Source: Candidatus Hydrogenedentota bacterium (GTDB taxonomy: Bacteria > Hydrogenedentota > Hydrogenedentia > Hydrogenedentales > JAEUWI01). From it: a stretch of DNA of 64,000 nt. The stretch lies in contig JACPGE010000074.1 of NCBI GenBank assembly GCA_016182605.1, positions 1,694 to 65,693 on the forward strand, given 5' to 3'. Position 1 is the stretch's first letter. Each line of letters starts with the position of its first letter. The position numbers and the translations under genes were made by a program. Shown one piece after another: positions 8,753-17,662 of the stretch. The notes below the pieces were generated by a model, which was not told the DNA's origin, searched no databases, and saw only the letters and a list, made by a program, of their open reading frames with translations.

Positions 8753-10879
8753 TCAATACAACTTAATAGTTTGAAAATTGCCTAGGTCTACAATAGACGC
8801 GCCGCAATGAACTACGTCGAGATCAAAATTATCTAGTTGATGCTCTTCGTCAAACCCATCATTGGGACTATCGGTGAAATCTCCCGAGTCTCTGACTGTC
8901 TTTACGGTGCCAACTCCGCCGCCAAGTCCCACAATCAGAACGCGATCATTGCAGTGAAGTATCTCACTTTGAAAATGACGAGCAACTGTTGTCCCATCTA
9001 CAGCAGCACCACAGCTTCCCATCGCCTGCTCCATGATTCTAAAGGTGCGATTCCTTACTGCATCTACCGGTCGTCCTTCACAATGATCGTAATCGTAAGT
9101 ACTCCTCGTGACTAATCCATGCTCTATCGTAGTACCGCTACCGTTAAGCAGTAATCTCTCTAAGAATAATGCATGCAAAGTTGCTTGGACCCACTGGCAA
9201 TCATCCGTCATATACACAGGTGGCGCCATGGTCCCATCACCTTGACAGGTGGCTTCTGCTTCGTCCGGTATATTGTAACGGCTGTGCCGGAACATCCCAA
9301 GATTTTCGAAGTGGTAATCCTTGTCGTCGCTATACTCAACGTTGTCGACAGTCCATTCCGCCGTGATGCCGGTGAATTCGGCTACAGGGAGATTCGCAAG
9401 GCCAAAGGATTCCACGTGCTGGCCTGCCTCACGAGAAGCTGACAGAATCTCGTGAGGTCCTCCTGGCCCCGTCAATGTCAAAACCAATGTTCCAATTACG
9501 CCGGTCGGGCCCAAGAGGACTTCAATCCGATCTTCTGTGACTTCTACATCACGAATTTTTACGGTAAGCTCGACAAATACTCCTGTCACCGTTTTGTCCG
9601 AGTCCATCGTCAGTTCGCCCGGATCGGCTTCGCCAGTCAGATCGCCCTCCCAGTGGTCGAATACCCAATCCACTTCCGCCGTAGGCGTGAGCGTTACGAC
9701 CGATCCTGACGTATAAGGCCCTTCGGCCGGCAAGACTTCGAGCGTGCCTTGGCCTGAAGTATTTGATGTCAACGAGAACCCCTGCACGAACACCGCCGTC
9801 ACGGTCTTGTCCCCATCCATCGTCAAGGTGCCGGGATCCGAATTGCCCGTCAAATCACCTTCCCAATGATCGAATACCCAATCCGTGGCCGGTGTGGGTG
9901 TTAGCGTCACTGTGGTTCCACTGTCATACGGGCCATTTTCCGGCGATACCTCCACTGTTCCCTGACCATCCGTTTCGACAGTCAAGGCAAACTCTTGCAC
10001 AAACACCGCCGTGATCAACTTGTGCCCGATCATGGTTATGGAAGCCGGGTTGGCGGAGCCCGACGTGCCGCCACTCCAATGGTCGAAGACCCAGCCACTG
10101 GCCGGCGAAGGCGTCACCGTGACCGTTGTCCCCTGCACGTAGGTGCCCATTTCGGGCGACACGGTCCCTTCGCCCTCCACCGAAACCACCAGGTAATACT
10201 GTGGATAGAACACCGCCGTGACGGACTTGCTTTCATCCATCGTCACGGTGGCCGGATTGTCCGAGCCAGAGAGGTCACCCGTCCAGTGGTGGAAGACCCA
10301 ATCGGGCACGAGGAGTCCACCATCCGTTTCGGGAATAGCCGTGACACTCACCTGGGTACCCTCGGGGTAGATGCCGGCTTCCGGCTCGACTCTCCCCTCG
10401 CCTTCCGTGGCGGTTTGCAGCCCATATAGCGGCACAAACACTGCCGTGATCGATTTGTCCGCGTTCATGGTCACGGTACCCGGATTCGACGTGCCGTTCA
10501 AATCGCCGGTCCATTCCTTGAAGGACCATCCCGTGGCAGGTGTGGGGGCGATGCTAACCTGGGTCCCCTCGGTATAGGTGCCGCTGGCGGGTGAAACGCT
10601 CCCTTGGCCAGTCGTCGCGACGCTCAGTGTGTGCGTGGCCTGTACGAAGTGGGCCGTGATCGATTTGTGCCCGTCCATGGTTACGGAGCCCGGGTTGACC
10701 GATCCGGAGTAGCCGCCGGACCAATCGTCGAATTCCCGACCGCTTGCGGTTGTGGCGGAGATCGTGAGTGTTTCATCCTGCACGAATGCGCCTTATACGG
10801 GCTTAACGCCTCCCTGACCTCCCACAGAAGTGAATAGGTAGTACGACGGAACGAAAACGGCGGTAACCGACTTGTTCGC
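8753..10879 (-). pseudogene. 5'-truncated InlB B-repeat surface protein with a C-terminal 3D/MltA-like domain (open frame 8753-10783)
   Basis: Six ~70 aa repeats (G.G.V.P..G.Y..G..V.....P..GW.F..W.GD..G..NP...TM...K.VTAVF). Repeat similarity continues upstream through an in-frame TAA at 10793-10795 to ~10879. No signal peptide. C-terminus has LNGSG, TVRDSG and QLDNF. Confidence 0.7.
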
Positions 10880-10996
10880 AACGCGCGATCCTGTTGGCAC
10901 GCTTCTCCCCTCGGGCCATGCAGTTCACCGAGCTCCCGTCGCTCGTCCCTCGATTCGCAGCCCTTCCCGCCCCTTTTGACCGCCCCAAAAATAGAA

Positions 10997-11029
10997 TGAA
11001 CCTTTCCTGACCCAGGGCGTACTACAGGG
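10997..11029 (+). promoter_or_regulatory. Putative ECF-sigma promoter TGAACC-N15-CGTA-C-TACAGGG
   Basis: About 40 nt upstream of ATG 11069; same TGAACC-to-TACAGGG distance (33 nt overall) as the motif at 6121-6153. Confidence 0.6.
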
Positions 11030-11068
11030 TGAACACCGCCACGCGGCGCCGGAGAAAGGATTCCCTCC

Positions 11069-13855
11069 ATGAGACCCATACTGCTGTCCCTGTTCCTTCT
11101 GTTCACGGCCCTTTCAGCACTTGCAGACGATTTGGCTACGCTGGCCCCGCCGCCGCCCGGCCCGCCCGATACCGAGTGGATCGTGCCCGAATTGCCCTCG
11201 GCAGACATGCGCCTGTCGTGGTCCGATTTTCGCACGCTGCTGCAACTGCTCCCCACGGCCGCGCAAACCGGGCGCGAGAAACCCGATCCGCCCCCCTGGC
11301 CCTGGGCCGTGACCAGCGCACGCTACCACCTGGACGCCACGGATCACCCGGCGGTCCCCGCGGAACTGAGTCTCGAAGTGGAGGTCTGGGCGGATGCCTG
11401 GACCACCATCCCGCTACTGGGCAATAGCATCGCCGTGAGCAGCGTGTCGATCGACGGTACTGCGTCGTCCCTGCGCGACCAGGACGGCTGGTTCACGCTG
11501 CTGCTGAAAGACCCCGGGCACTATCGCGTGGATATTGCCTTCTTCGCCCAGACCGTCGAAGCCGATGGCGAAGTGACCCTGCAGTTTCCCGCCGTTGCCG
11601 CACCGGTCACGGAGGTGCTGTTGCTCCTGGGCGGCGACGCGGCGGCCGTCTCCTCGCCCAATGCCGCCCGTGTGACCCTGCACTCCAACGCGGACGGTCA
11701 GGAGGCCCTGCTTGCCCTGAAACCCGCCGAGACTCTGCAACTGCATTGGCAGCGCCCATCGCTCGTAAAAGAAAAGCTTCCGCCTGCCCCGCCACGCATC
11801 ACGGCGGATCTCCGCACCCAGGTGCGGCTCTCCGGCGGGCTCCTGGAAGGCACGGCGCGGGTGAACTTCGAAGTTCTCCGGGGCGCCGTGAACCGCTTCG
11901 CGCTCGAACTGCCCAAGGACGTGGTCCTGCTCGAAGTGGAGGGCGGGGATCTGGAGTGGACCCTGGAGGACGAGCCCGCCGTCCAATGCCTGCACCTCGT
12001 CCCGGCCAGCAGCGTCAGCGGGGTCTACCCCGTGACCCTGCGCTACGAGCAACTTCTCGCCGAAGACGCCGGGCCCGTGACCTTGCCCAAGATCGTCGCG
12101 CGCGATGTGGCGCGCCAGAGCGGCGCCATAGGCATCTCCACCGCGCGCAATTTCAGTATGGAAATCGCCGAGCCCACCCTGGGCGTGACGCGCACCGATC
12201 CGGAAGGTCAGTTTGCCCTGGGCCTGGATTGGGAAATCCTGCACGCCTTCCGCTACAGCCAGACGGACTACCAGCTCACCGTCGCGGCGGCAGTCATCCA
12301 GCCCCGCATCGCCGCAGAGACCGAGATGCTGGCCAGTGTTTCCCCAACCGCTTTTCATGTACGGGCCAACGTGCACTACCGGGTCTTGCGCGGTGAAAGC
12401 AGCCGCCTCGCACTCGCGCTTCCCGCAGGCGTGAGTGTGCTGTCGGTCACTGGTCCCGGTATGGACTGGTACGCCGTGGACAGTGATGGCGGACAGCGCA
12501 TCGAGGTGGAACTGAACGAGCCGCTGACCGATCGGTGCACCGTGCACCTGCTGCTGGAACGCAACGTGGAGAACCTGGAAGAGGCCGTGCCTGTGCCGCC
12601 GGTTACCGTGCTGGATGCCGTGCGCCAGAGCACCTGGATCGGGATCGCCGCCGCCGGAAACGTGAAAGTGGACGTGGGCGCGGACACCGCCGGCCTTGGC
12701 CGTCTGGATGAATCGGAACTCCCGGCCGGCGTGCGCGCCCTGGCGGAAAGCCCGATACTGCACGCCTTCTCCAGCCAGTCGCCCACCTTCGTCCTCCCCC
12801 TGCTACTCAGCCGTCTCGACGACGTGGCCGTGCGCGTTGCTGCCATCGATGCTGCGGAACTCACGACCGTCGTCAGCGATGAGATGCTCATTACGCGCGC
12901 CCGCTACTGGGTGCGCAACAACCAGCGCCAGTTCCTCCGCATCGATCCCGGGCCGGATGTGGAAATCTGGGGCGCGCAGGCCGATGGCCACGCGGCCAGT
13001 CCGGCGAAAGACCCGGAGTCGGAGCATGGCGTGCTGCTGCCCATGCGCAAGTCCGTGGAAGGTGCAGGCGGTTTGGGCAGTTTTCCCATGGAGATCATCT
13101 TCATGCAACGGCCGCCCTTGCCGCGCTTTGGCCGCCTTGCACTCGCGCTGCGCGCACCCGCCACCGATATCCTCGCCGACCGTATGGCGTGGACGGTCTA
13201 TGTGCCTGAAGGCTACCGGGTGAGCGCTTCTGCGGGGGATCTCGCGCCCGTCGCCTTGCCGGTGATCCTGCCCAGTCCCAACCGGGGCGCCATGACCCTC
13301 GGTAATCCGGAAACGATTTACCGGCTGCGGGAAGGCATCGAACGCTTCTTCATCACGGACATCAACAATCCCGCCGGATCAACCGCAGCCCAGTCCAAGG
13401 ACTTCGCCGGCCAGACCTATGCCGCTGCCGAAGCGGGCGAGGCTTCTGTTCGTCTGGCTGGCGTGCTCCCCGTGCATATCAATCTGCCGCAAACCGGCGT
13501 CCCGCACCGCTTCGAGCGGGCATTGGCGCCCCAGGGCGCCGCGCTTCACCTGAATCTCGCATTGACCAATGCCCGCCTCATCTGGGCGTGGGCCGCCGCC
13601 AGCGCCCTGTCCTTCTTCCTGCTGGTCCTGGCCATCCGATTCCGCGCGCCCCTGCAGGAACGCGCCTCGGCCGCCGCGTGGCGGATCGCACTGGCGATCT
13701 TGCTCGCCGTGGCGTGCGCGTCGCTCCTGCAGGCGCCCGGGATCGGCGCCATGGCGGCCCTCGTTGGGCTGGCTGCCGCCGAGGCGCTCATCCGCCTGCT
13801 TCGTCTTCGCGCCGGCCGCGCGCCGCGCCACACAAGCACAGGGGACGCGGCATGA
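11069..13855 (+). CDS. Large exported, C-terminally membrane-anchored hypothetical protein with internal beta-rich repeats and an embedded DUF1559-type signature peptide
   Basis: Signal peptide; repeated RI.A....V.....ARV.(F/Y).VLRG....(F/L)AL.LP units; IYRLREGIERFFITDINNPAGSTAAQS; about three C-terminal TM helices; GAAAGGA RBS. Confidence 0.85.
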   Translation: MRPILLSLFLLFTALSALADDLATLAPPPPGPPDTEWIVPELPSADMRLSWSDFRTLLQLLPTAAQTGREKPDPPPWPWAVTSARYHLDATDHPAVPAELSLEVEVWADAWTTIPLLGNSIAVSSVSIDGTASSLRDQDGWFTLLLKDPGHYRVDIAFFAQTVEADGEVTLQFPAVAAPVTEVLLLLGGDAAAVSSPNAARVTLHSNADGQEALLALKPAETLQLHWQRPSLVKEKLPPAPPRITADLRTQVRLSGGLLEGTARVNFEVLRGAVNRFALELPKDVVLLEVEGGDLEWTLEDEPAVQCLHLVPASSVSGVYPVTLRYEQLLAEDAGPVTLPKIVARDVARQSGAIGISTARNFSMEIAEPTLGVTRTDPEGQFALGLDWEILHAFRYSQTDYQLTVAAAVIQPRIAAETEMLASVSPTAFHVRANVHYRVLRGESSRLALALPAGVSVLSVTGPGMDWYAVDSDGGQRIEVELNEPLTDRCTVHLLLERNVENLEEAVPVPPVTVLDAVRQSTWIGIAAAGNVKVDVGADTAGLGRLDESELPAGVRALAESPILHAFSSQSPTFVLPLLLSRLDDVAVRVAAIDAAELTTVVSDEMLITRARYWVRNNQRQFLRIDPGPDVEIWGAQADGHAASPAKDPESEHGVLLPMRKSVEGAGGLGSFPMEIIFMQRPPLPRFGRLALALRAPATDILADRMAWTVYVPEGYRVSASAGDLAPVALPVILPSPNRGAMTLGNPETIYRLREGIERFFITDINNPAGSTAAQSKDFAGQTYAAAEAGEASVRLAGVLPVHINLPQTGVPHRFERALAPQGAALHLNLALTNARLIWAWAAASALSFFLLVLAIRFRAPLQERASAAAWRIALAILLAVACASLLQAPGIGAMAALVGLAAAEALIRLLRLRAGRAPRHTSTGDAA

Positions 13856-14592
13856 AAGTCAGTGGCAAGGAATTCGCCTTCATCCTGGCGGCGCTCATCG
13901 TACTGTCCATCCTCGTCGTGCCGGCGCTGTCGCGTGCGCGGGAGACGGGCAAGCGCGCCACGTGCCAGAACAACCTCAAACAATTGGGCATCGTGCTGAA
14001 GATGTACGCCAACGAATCCCGGGGCGAATGCTATCCGCCTCTGTCCCCAAAATCTGGCAATTGGATGATGGACATGGACGCCGTCTATCCCGAGTATCTG
14101 AGCGATCTGACCGTGCTGAAATGCCCTGACAGTCCGCTGAACTTCGACCAGGACTTCACGCTGCGCGAAAACATGCGCCACCCCGGGGCGCCCCTGAACG
14201 TGCCGCACCCCGACTGCGTGACCGGCAAGTACTACACCTACACCGGGTACACCCTCACGGGGGACGAAACGGCATTGGCACTCTACTTCGCCTATCACGC
14301 CAACCCGGACGCGGTGCGAAAGAAGGGCGATCTCACGCTCCCCATACCGCACTGGGAACACAGCCAATGGAACGCCATGAAGGGCGGTTTCGTGGTCCTA
14401 TGGGATCGCGTCCCCGCGGATCCTGCGATGATGCCCCACAAGGCGGGCGCGATCAATGTCCTGGCGGCGGATGGCAGCGTTCAGGCCGTGCGTTACTCGC
14501 CCATGAATCAATCCGAAAACTTTCCCGCCACGGAAATCGCGGCACTCACCTTTGGCCTGGACGTCCCGGAAACCGATCCCGGCTGTTACTGA
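13852..14592 (+). CDS. DUF1559 / H-X9-DG pilin-like protein (246 aa)
   Basis: ATG 13852 overlaps the upstream stop (ATGA); TM helix followed by PALSRARETGKRATCQNNLKQLGIVLKMYANE; VYPEYLSD; HKAGAINVLAADG. Confidence 0.88.
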   Translation: MKVSGKEFAFILAALIVLSILVVPALSRARETGKRATCQNNLKQLGIVLKMYANESRGECYPPLSPKSGNWMMDMDAVYPEYLSDLTVLKCPDSPLNFDQDFTLRENMRHPGAPLNVPHPDCVTGKYYTYTGYTLTGDETALALYFAYHANPDAVRKKGDLTLPIPHWEHSQWNAMKGGFVVLWDRVPADPAMMPHKAGAINVLAADGSVQAVRYSPMNQSENFPATEIAALTFGLDVPETDPGCY

Positions 14593-14656
14593 GAATATTC
14601 GAATGGAAGACCATGTCCGCGCAAGCGCTGCCGCGCCGGGGTGGCCCCCCTATTCA

Positions 14657-15385
14657 CTACCCGCTCCAGCTAAAACTCTCCAGATGCTGCCGCAGCCGCG
14701 CCGCGCTGGGGAAGCGCTGGGCGACCAGCCCGCGCTTGAGCCCGCAGCAGATCTGCTTTGCCTCCGGAGGAAGGGTGTGGTAGTGCGTCCGCCCACCGGT
14801 GATATCGTAAAACACCTTCACGATATCGAAGATGTCCTCCACTACCCGCGTGCGTGATTGCCGCCCGCGGTGGAAGAAGTCAATCATCTTGACGTCGTAA
14901 CCGATTCCCTTCCGCCGTATCAGCACGTTCTCCATGTGAATGTCCCCATGATACTCGCCCGCGGCATGGATCGATTCAAGCCCAGCCGCCAGCTCATGGA
15001 GGATATGCATTGCCTCGAACGGGCGGATGCGTTTTCCGCGAAGCCCGGAGATGTAGGTTTTCAGCCCTTCGCCTTCCACCAAATCGCTCACGAGAAAAAA
15101 CACGTCCTCGCCACGAACCTTGCAGCGCTCATGCGTGCAATAGCGCAACAGGATGGGGCAGGCGGAAAGACGATCCAGTTTCACCGCGTATTGACGCAAC
15201 GTGCGATTGCCCTCGTTGCGTTCTGGAAAAAAGAACTTTGCCGCGCGGTGGATCCCCGTCGCCGCTTCGCAGATGCGGTACACCTCGCCCTCCCAGCCGC
15301 CGCCCAGACGATCGACAATGAGGTACTTGCCGAGTATGGTCTTTCCGGGGATGAACCCGAAACCTTTCTCCCGCATTTCTGGCAT
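14657..15385 (-). CDS. Small Hanks-type Ser/Thr protein kinase-like protein
   Basis: LGGGWEGEVY glycine loop, AAKFF, HGDIHMENVLI; DFF in place of DFG; short C-lobe. Confidence 0.85.
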   Translation of the reverse strand: MPEMREKGFGFIPGKTILGKYLIVDRLGGGWEGEVYRICEAATGIHRAAKFFFPERNEGNRTLRQYAVKLDRLSACPILLRYCTHERCKVRGEDVFFLVSDLVEGEGLKTYISGLRGKRIRPFEAMHILHELAAGLESIHAAGEYHGDIHMENVLIRRKGIGYDVKMIDFFHRGRQSRTRVVEDIFDIVKVFYDITGGRTHYHTLPPEAKQICCGLKRGLVAQRFPSAARLRQHLESFSWSG

Positions 15386-15451
15386 ACGTTCCCACTTTCC
15401 CGCCGTGAACTATTCCGATGCAGTACTCGGGGCCGGGCGCTGCACCCGCCG

Positions 15452-16471
15452 CTACGAAAGCCCGCGCAGGAATTGAACTACGGCGGGCCCCAGATTATCA
15501 ATGTTGTACCCCCCTTCCTGAACCACGGCCGCCGGGATGCCCAGGCCCGCCACCGCCGCGCCCACGGCCTCCAAATCGCCCGGCAGCAATTCAAAGGCTC
15601 CTTCCGGATCCCCCGCACACACATCGGCGCCAAAGGAGACCACGAGCCAGGAGGGCCCAAACTGGGCCAATGCCTCCAGCGCGATTGCCAGCGCCCCCAT
15701 GTATCGATCTTTCGAGGCGCCCGGCGGCAGGGGAAGGTTCAGGTTCGTGCCCAGCCCCTCGCCGGCGCCACGCTCATCCGCATGACCGGCAATGTACGGA
15801 TAAGCGAGACCCGGATCGCCGTGAATGGAGAGCACCATCACCGCCGGATCCGTATAGAAAATGTCCTGCGTCCCGTTGCCATGGTGGTAGTCCAAATCGA
15901 GCACGGCGCCCCGGCTCTGCGTCTCGTGCGCGAGGCAGCGGGCGGCGATGGCCGCATTGTTCAGGTAACAGAAGCCGCCGCAATAGCCGGGACCCGCGTG
16001 ATGGCCGGGAGGCCGGCACAGGGCATAGGCGCTACGCTCTCCCTGGAGCACGGCTTTCGCGGCAGCCAGCGCCGAAGCGGCCGACGCCATGGCGCCGCTG
16101 AACGTGGTCTCGCACAGCGGCGTGTACGTGTCGAAGCAGTACCAGCCTGCGCAATCGGCGAGATCCGCGGGAGGCGGCGCATCCACCCGGCGTGGAAAGG
16201 TACTCGGGAAGAGCAGGGCTCCGCCGGGTTCGCGGGCCTGCCAGGCGGCCCACGCGCCCTCCAGAAACTCCAGGTAGGCCGCAGTGTGTACCCGTTGAAT
16301 CCAGCGCATATCGGGGAGTGCGGGCTCGCTCAGCGTATGGCCCGCGGCGACGAGCGCTTCGAGAAGCACGGTGGCACGGTGTGCCGGCTCGGGGTGGGGC
16401 GCAAGCCCGGCGGGGAGCAATTGATGTGCGGGAGCATGCGCAAGTTGATTCGGGCTGAAGTACACCTGCAT
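15452..16471 (-). CDS. Histone deacetylase family / acetylpolyamine amidohydrolase-like
   Basis: Start ATG 16471 (MQVYFS); HPE..R, RPPGHHA, GFCYLNNAAIAA, DLDYHHGNGTQDIFY, QEGGY. Confidence 0.93.
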   Translation of the reverse strand: MQVYFSPNQLAHAPAHQLLPAGLAPHPEPAHRATVLLEALVAAGHTLSEPALPDMRWIQRVHTAAYLEFLEGAWAAWQAREPGGALLFPSTFPRRVDAPPPADLADCAGWYCFDTYTPLCETTFSGAMASAASALAAAKAVLQGERSAYALCRPPGHHAGPGYCGGFCYLNNAAIAARCLAHETQSRGAVLDLDYHHGNGTQDIFYTDPAVMVLSIHGDPGLAYPYIAGHADERGAGEGLGTNLNLPLPPGASKDRYMGALAIALEALAQFGPSWLVVSFGADVCAGDPEGAFELLPGDLEAVGAAVAGLGIPAAVVQEGGYNIDNLGPAVVQFLRGLS

Positions 16472-16581
16472 GACGCCGCTCCGGGAAGCTGCCCGGGATT
16501 CACGTCCCGGACGCGGTCGGGATAGGGATGCTGTACCGCGGCTACCGCGCGAACCCGCGATTGCCGCTTGCGGCGGACCGG

Positions 16582-17646
16582 CTATTTGCGATCCAGGTCC
16601 TCGAACAGGGCTTTGACGAGGAGCGGAAGCACGACCGTCGCGTCGGCATAGACTTCGGCAAACTGCCCGCCGGCGGAGGGCGGGACAAACTTGCCCCAGC
16701 TCACGCCTTCGGTGTAGGTGCAGCCCGAAAGTCCGCCCCAGTGCACGGGTTCGGGACAGATCCGGACGCCGTAGTGGAAGCGCGGTTCCGGGAGGGTGAT
16801 GTCCAGCCGGTGGGAGGTGATGTCGAAATACGGGGCGACTTGCTGGGCCCAATTCCGCGGCACGCCGCCGCCGATCGTGAAGATGCCCAGTTTCTTCTTG
16901 TTTCGCACGAGCCGGGCATACTCCTGGAGATCCAGGAAGGGGTTGTAGTTCGGAACCACGTCGAAGATCGCGTCGTTGTTTTGCGCGTTGCCCAGACTCT
17001 TCCGCATGGCCCATGTGGCGACGTCCAGACCGAGTTCACTGTCCGTGAAGGCGGGGATGAATATGGGAACGTTGTTTTCCCACGCCGAGCGGACGATGCC
17101 TTTGCCCATGTCTTGTTTGGCAAATTCCTTGCCCAGGGCGCGGCAGAAACGTGCTGAGGACCACGCGCCGTCTTCCGGCTCGTGGTCGCTCAGCACGCTC
17201 GAAACAATCTCTGCCAGATAGTTGAGGTTGGACTCCATCTCCACGGTATCGTAGATCCGGTTGTAGCCCATCTCAAACAGCTTCTCGTCGTCAACGCCTT
17301 CCGGAACGGCATAGTGGGCGCAGCCCACCGATTCCGAAAGGCCGTGGGCCATCAGCGCGCCCGTTGCCACCACGGCATCGATCACGCCGCGCTCTATGAG
17401 CGACGCAAAGATGCCGCCCTGTTTCGCCACGGTCATCGCGCCGCTTACGGTGAGCACCCGGAGGCACTCCTCGTCGCGCGCCATGCCTTGCAGCACTTCG
17501 AGCGCGCGGCCCACATTCCTGCCCCCAAAGGCCGTCGACCCCATGGCGCGGACGAGATCCCCGAAGGAATGGACCGCGTTCAGGTCGAGACTTTTGAGCG
17601 CAATGAGCCCGTCACTTTCACCGTCATGAAACGAACGACAATTCAC
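16582..17646 (-). CDS. Deoxyhypusine synthase-like protein (probable homospermidine-type synthase)
   Basis: SGAMTVA, GGGVPRNWAQQ, WGGLSGCTYTEGVSWGK (catalytic Lys motif), EVYADAT. Confidence 0.93.
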   Translation of the reverse strand: MNCRSFHDGESDGLIALKSLDLNAVHSFGDLVRAMGSTAFGGRNVGRALEVLQGMARDEECLRVLTVSGAMTVAKQGGIFASLIERGVIDAVVATGALMAHGLSESVGCAHYAVPEGVDDEKLFEMGYNRIYDTVEMESNLNYLAEIVSSVLSDHEPEDGAWSSARFCRALGKEFAKQDMGKGIVRSAWENNVPIFIPAFTDSELGLDVATWAMRKSLGNAQNNDAIFDVVPNYNPFLDLQEYARLVRNKKKLGIFTIGGGVPRNWAQQVAPYFDITSHRLDITLPEPRFHYGVRICPEPVHWGGLSGCTYTEGVSWGKFVPPSAGGQFAEVYADATVVLPLLVKALFEDLDRK

Positions 17647-17662
17647 GCTGCTGATTCTTTCT

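Noticed and set aside
7482-13383. The 53-nt repeat pair as a diversity-generating retroelement TR/VR
   Set aside because: Mismatches are G/A, C/G and C/T rather than adenine-specific, both copies are coding, and no reverse transcriptase is in the window.
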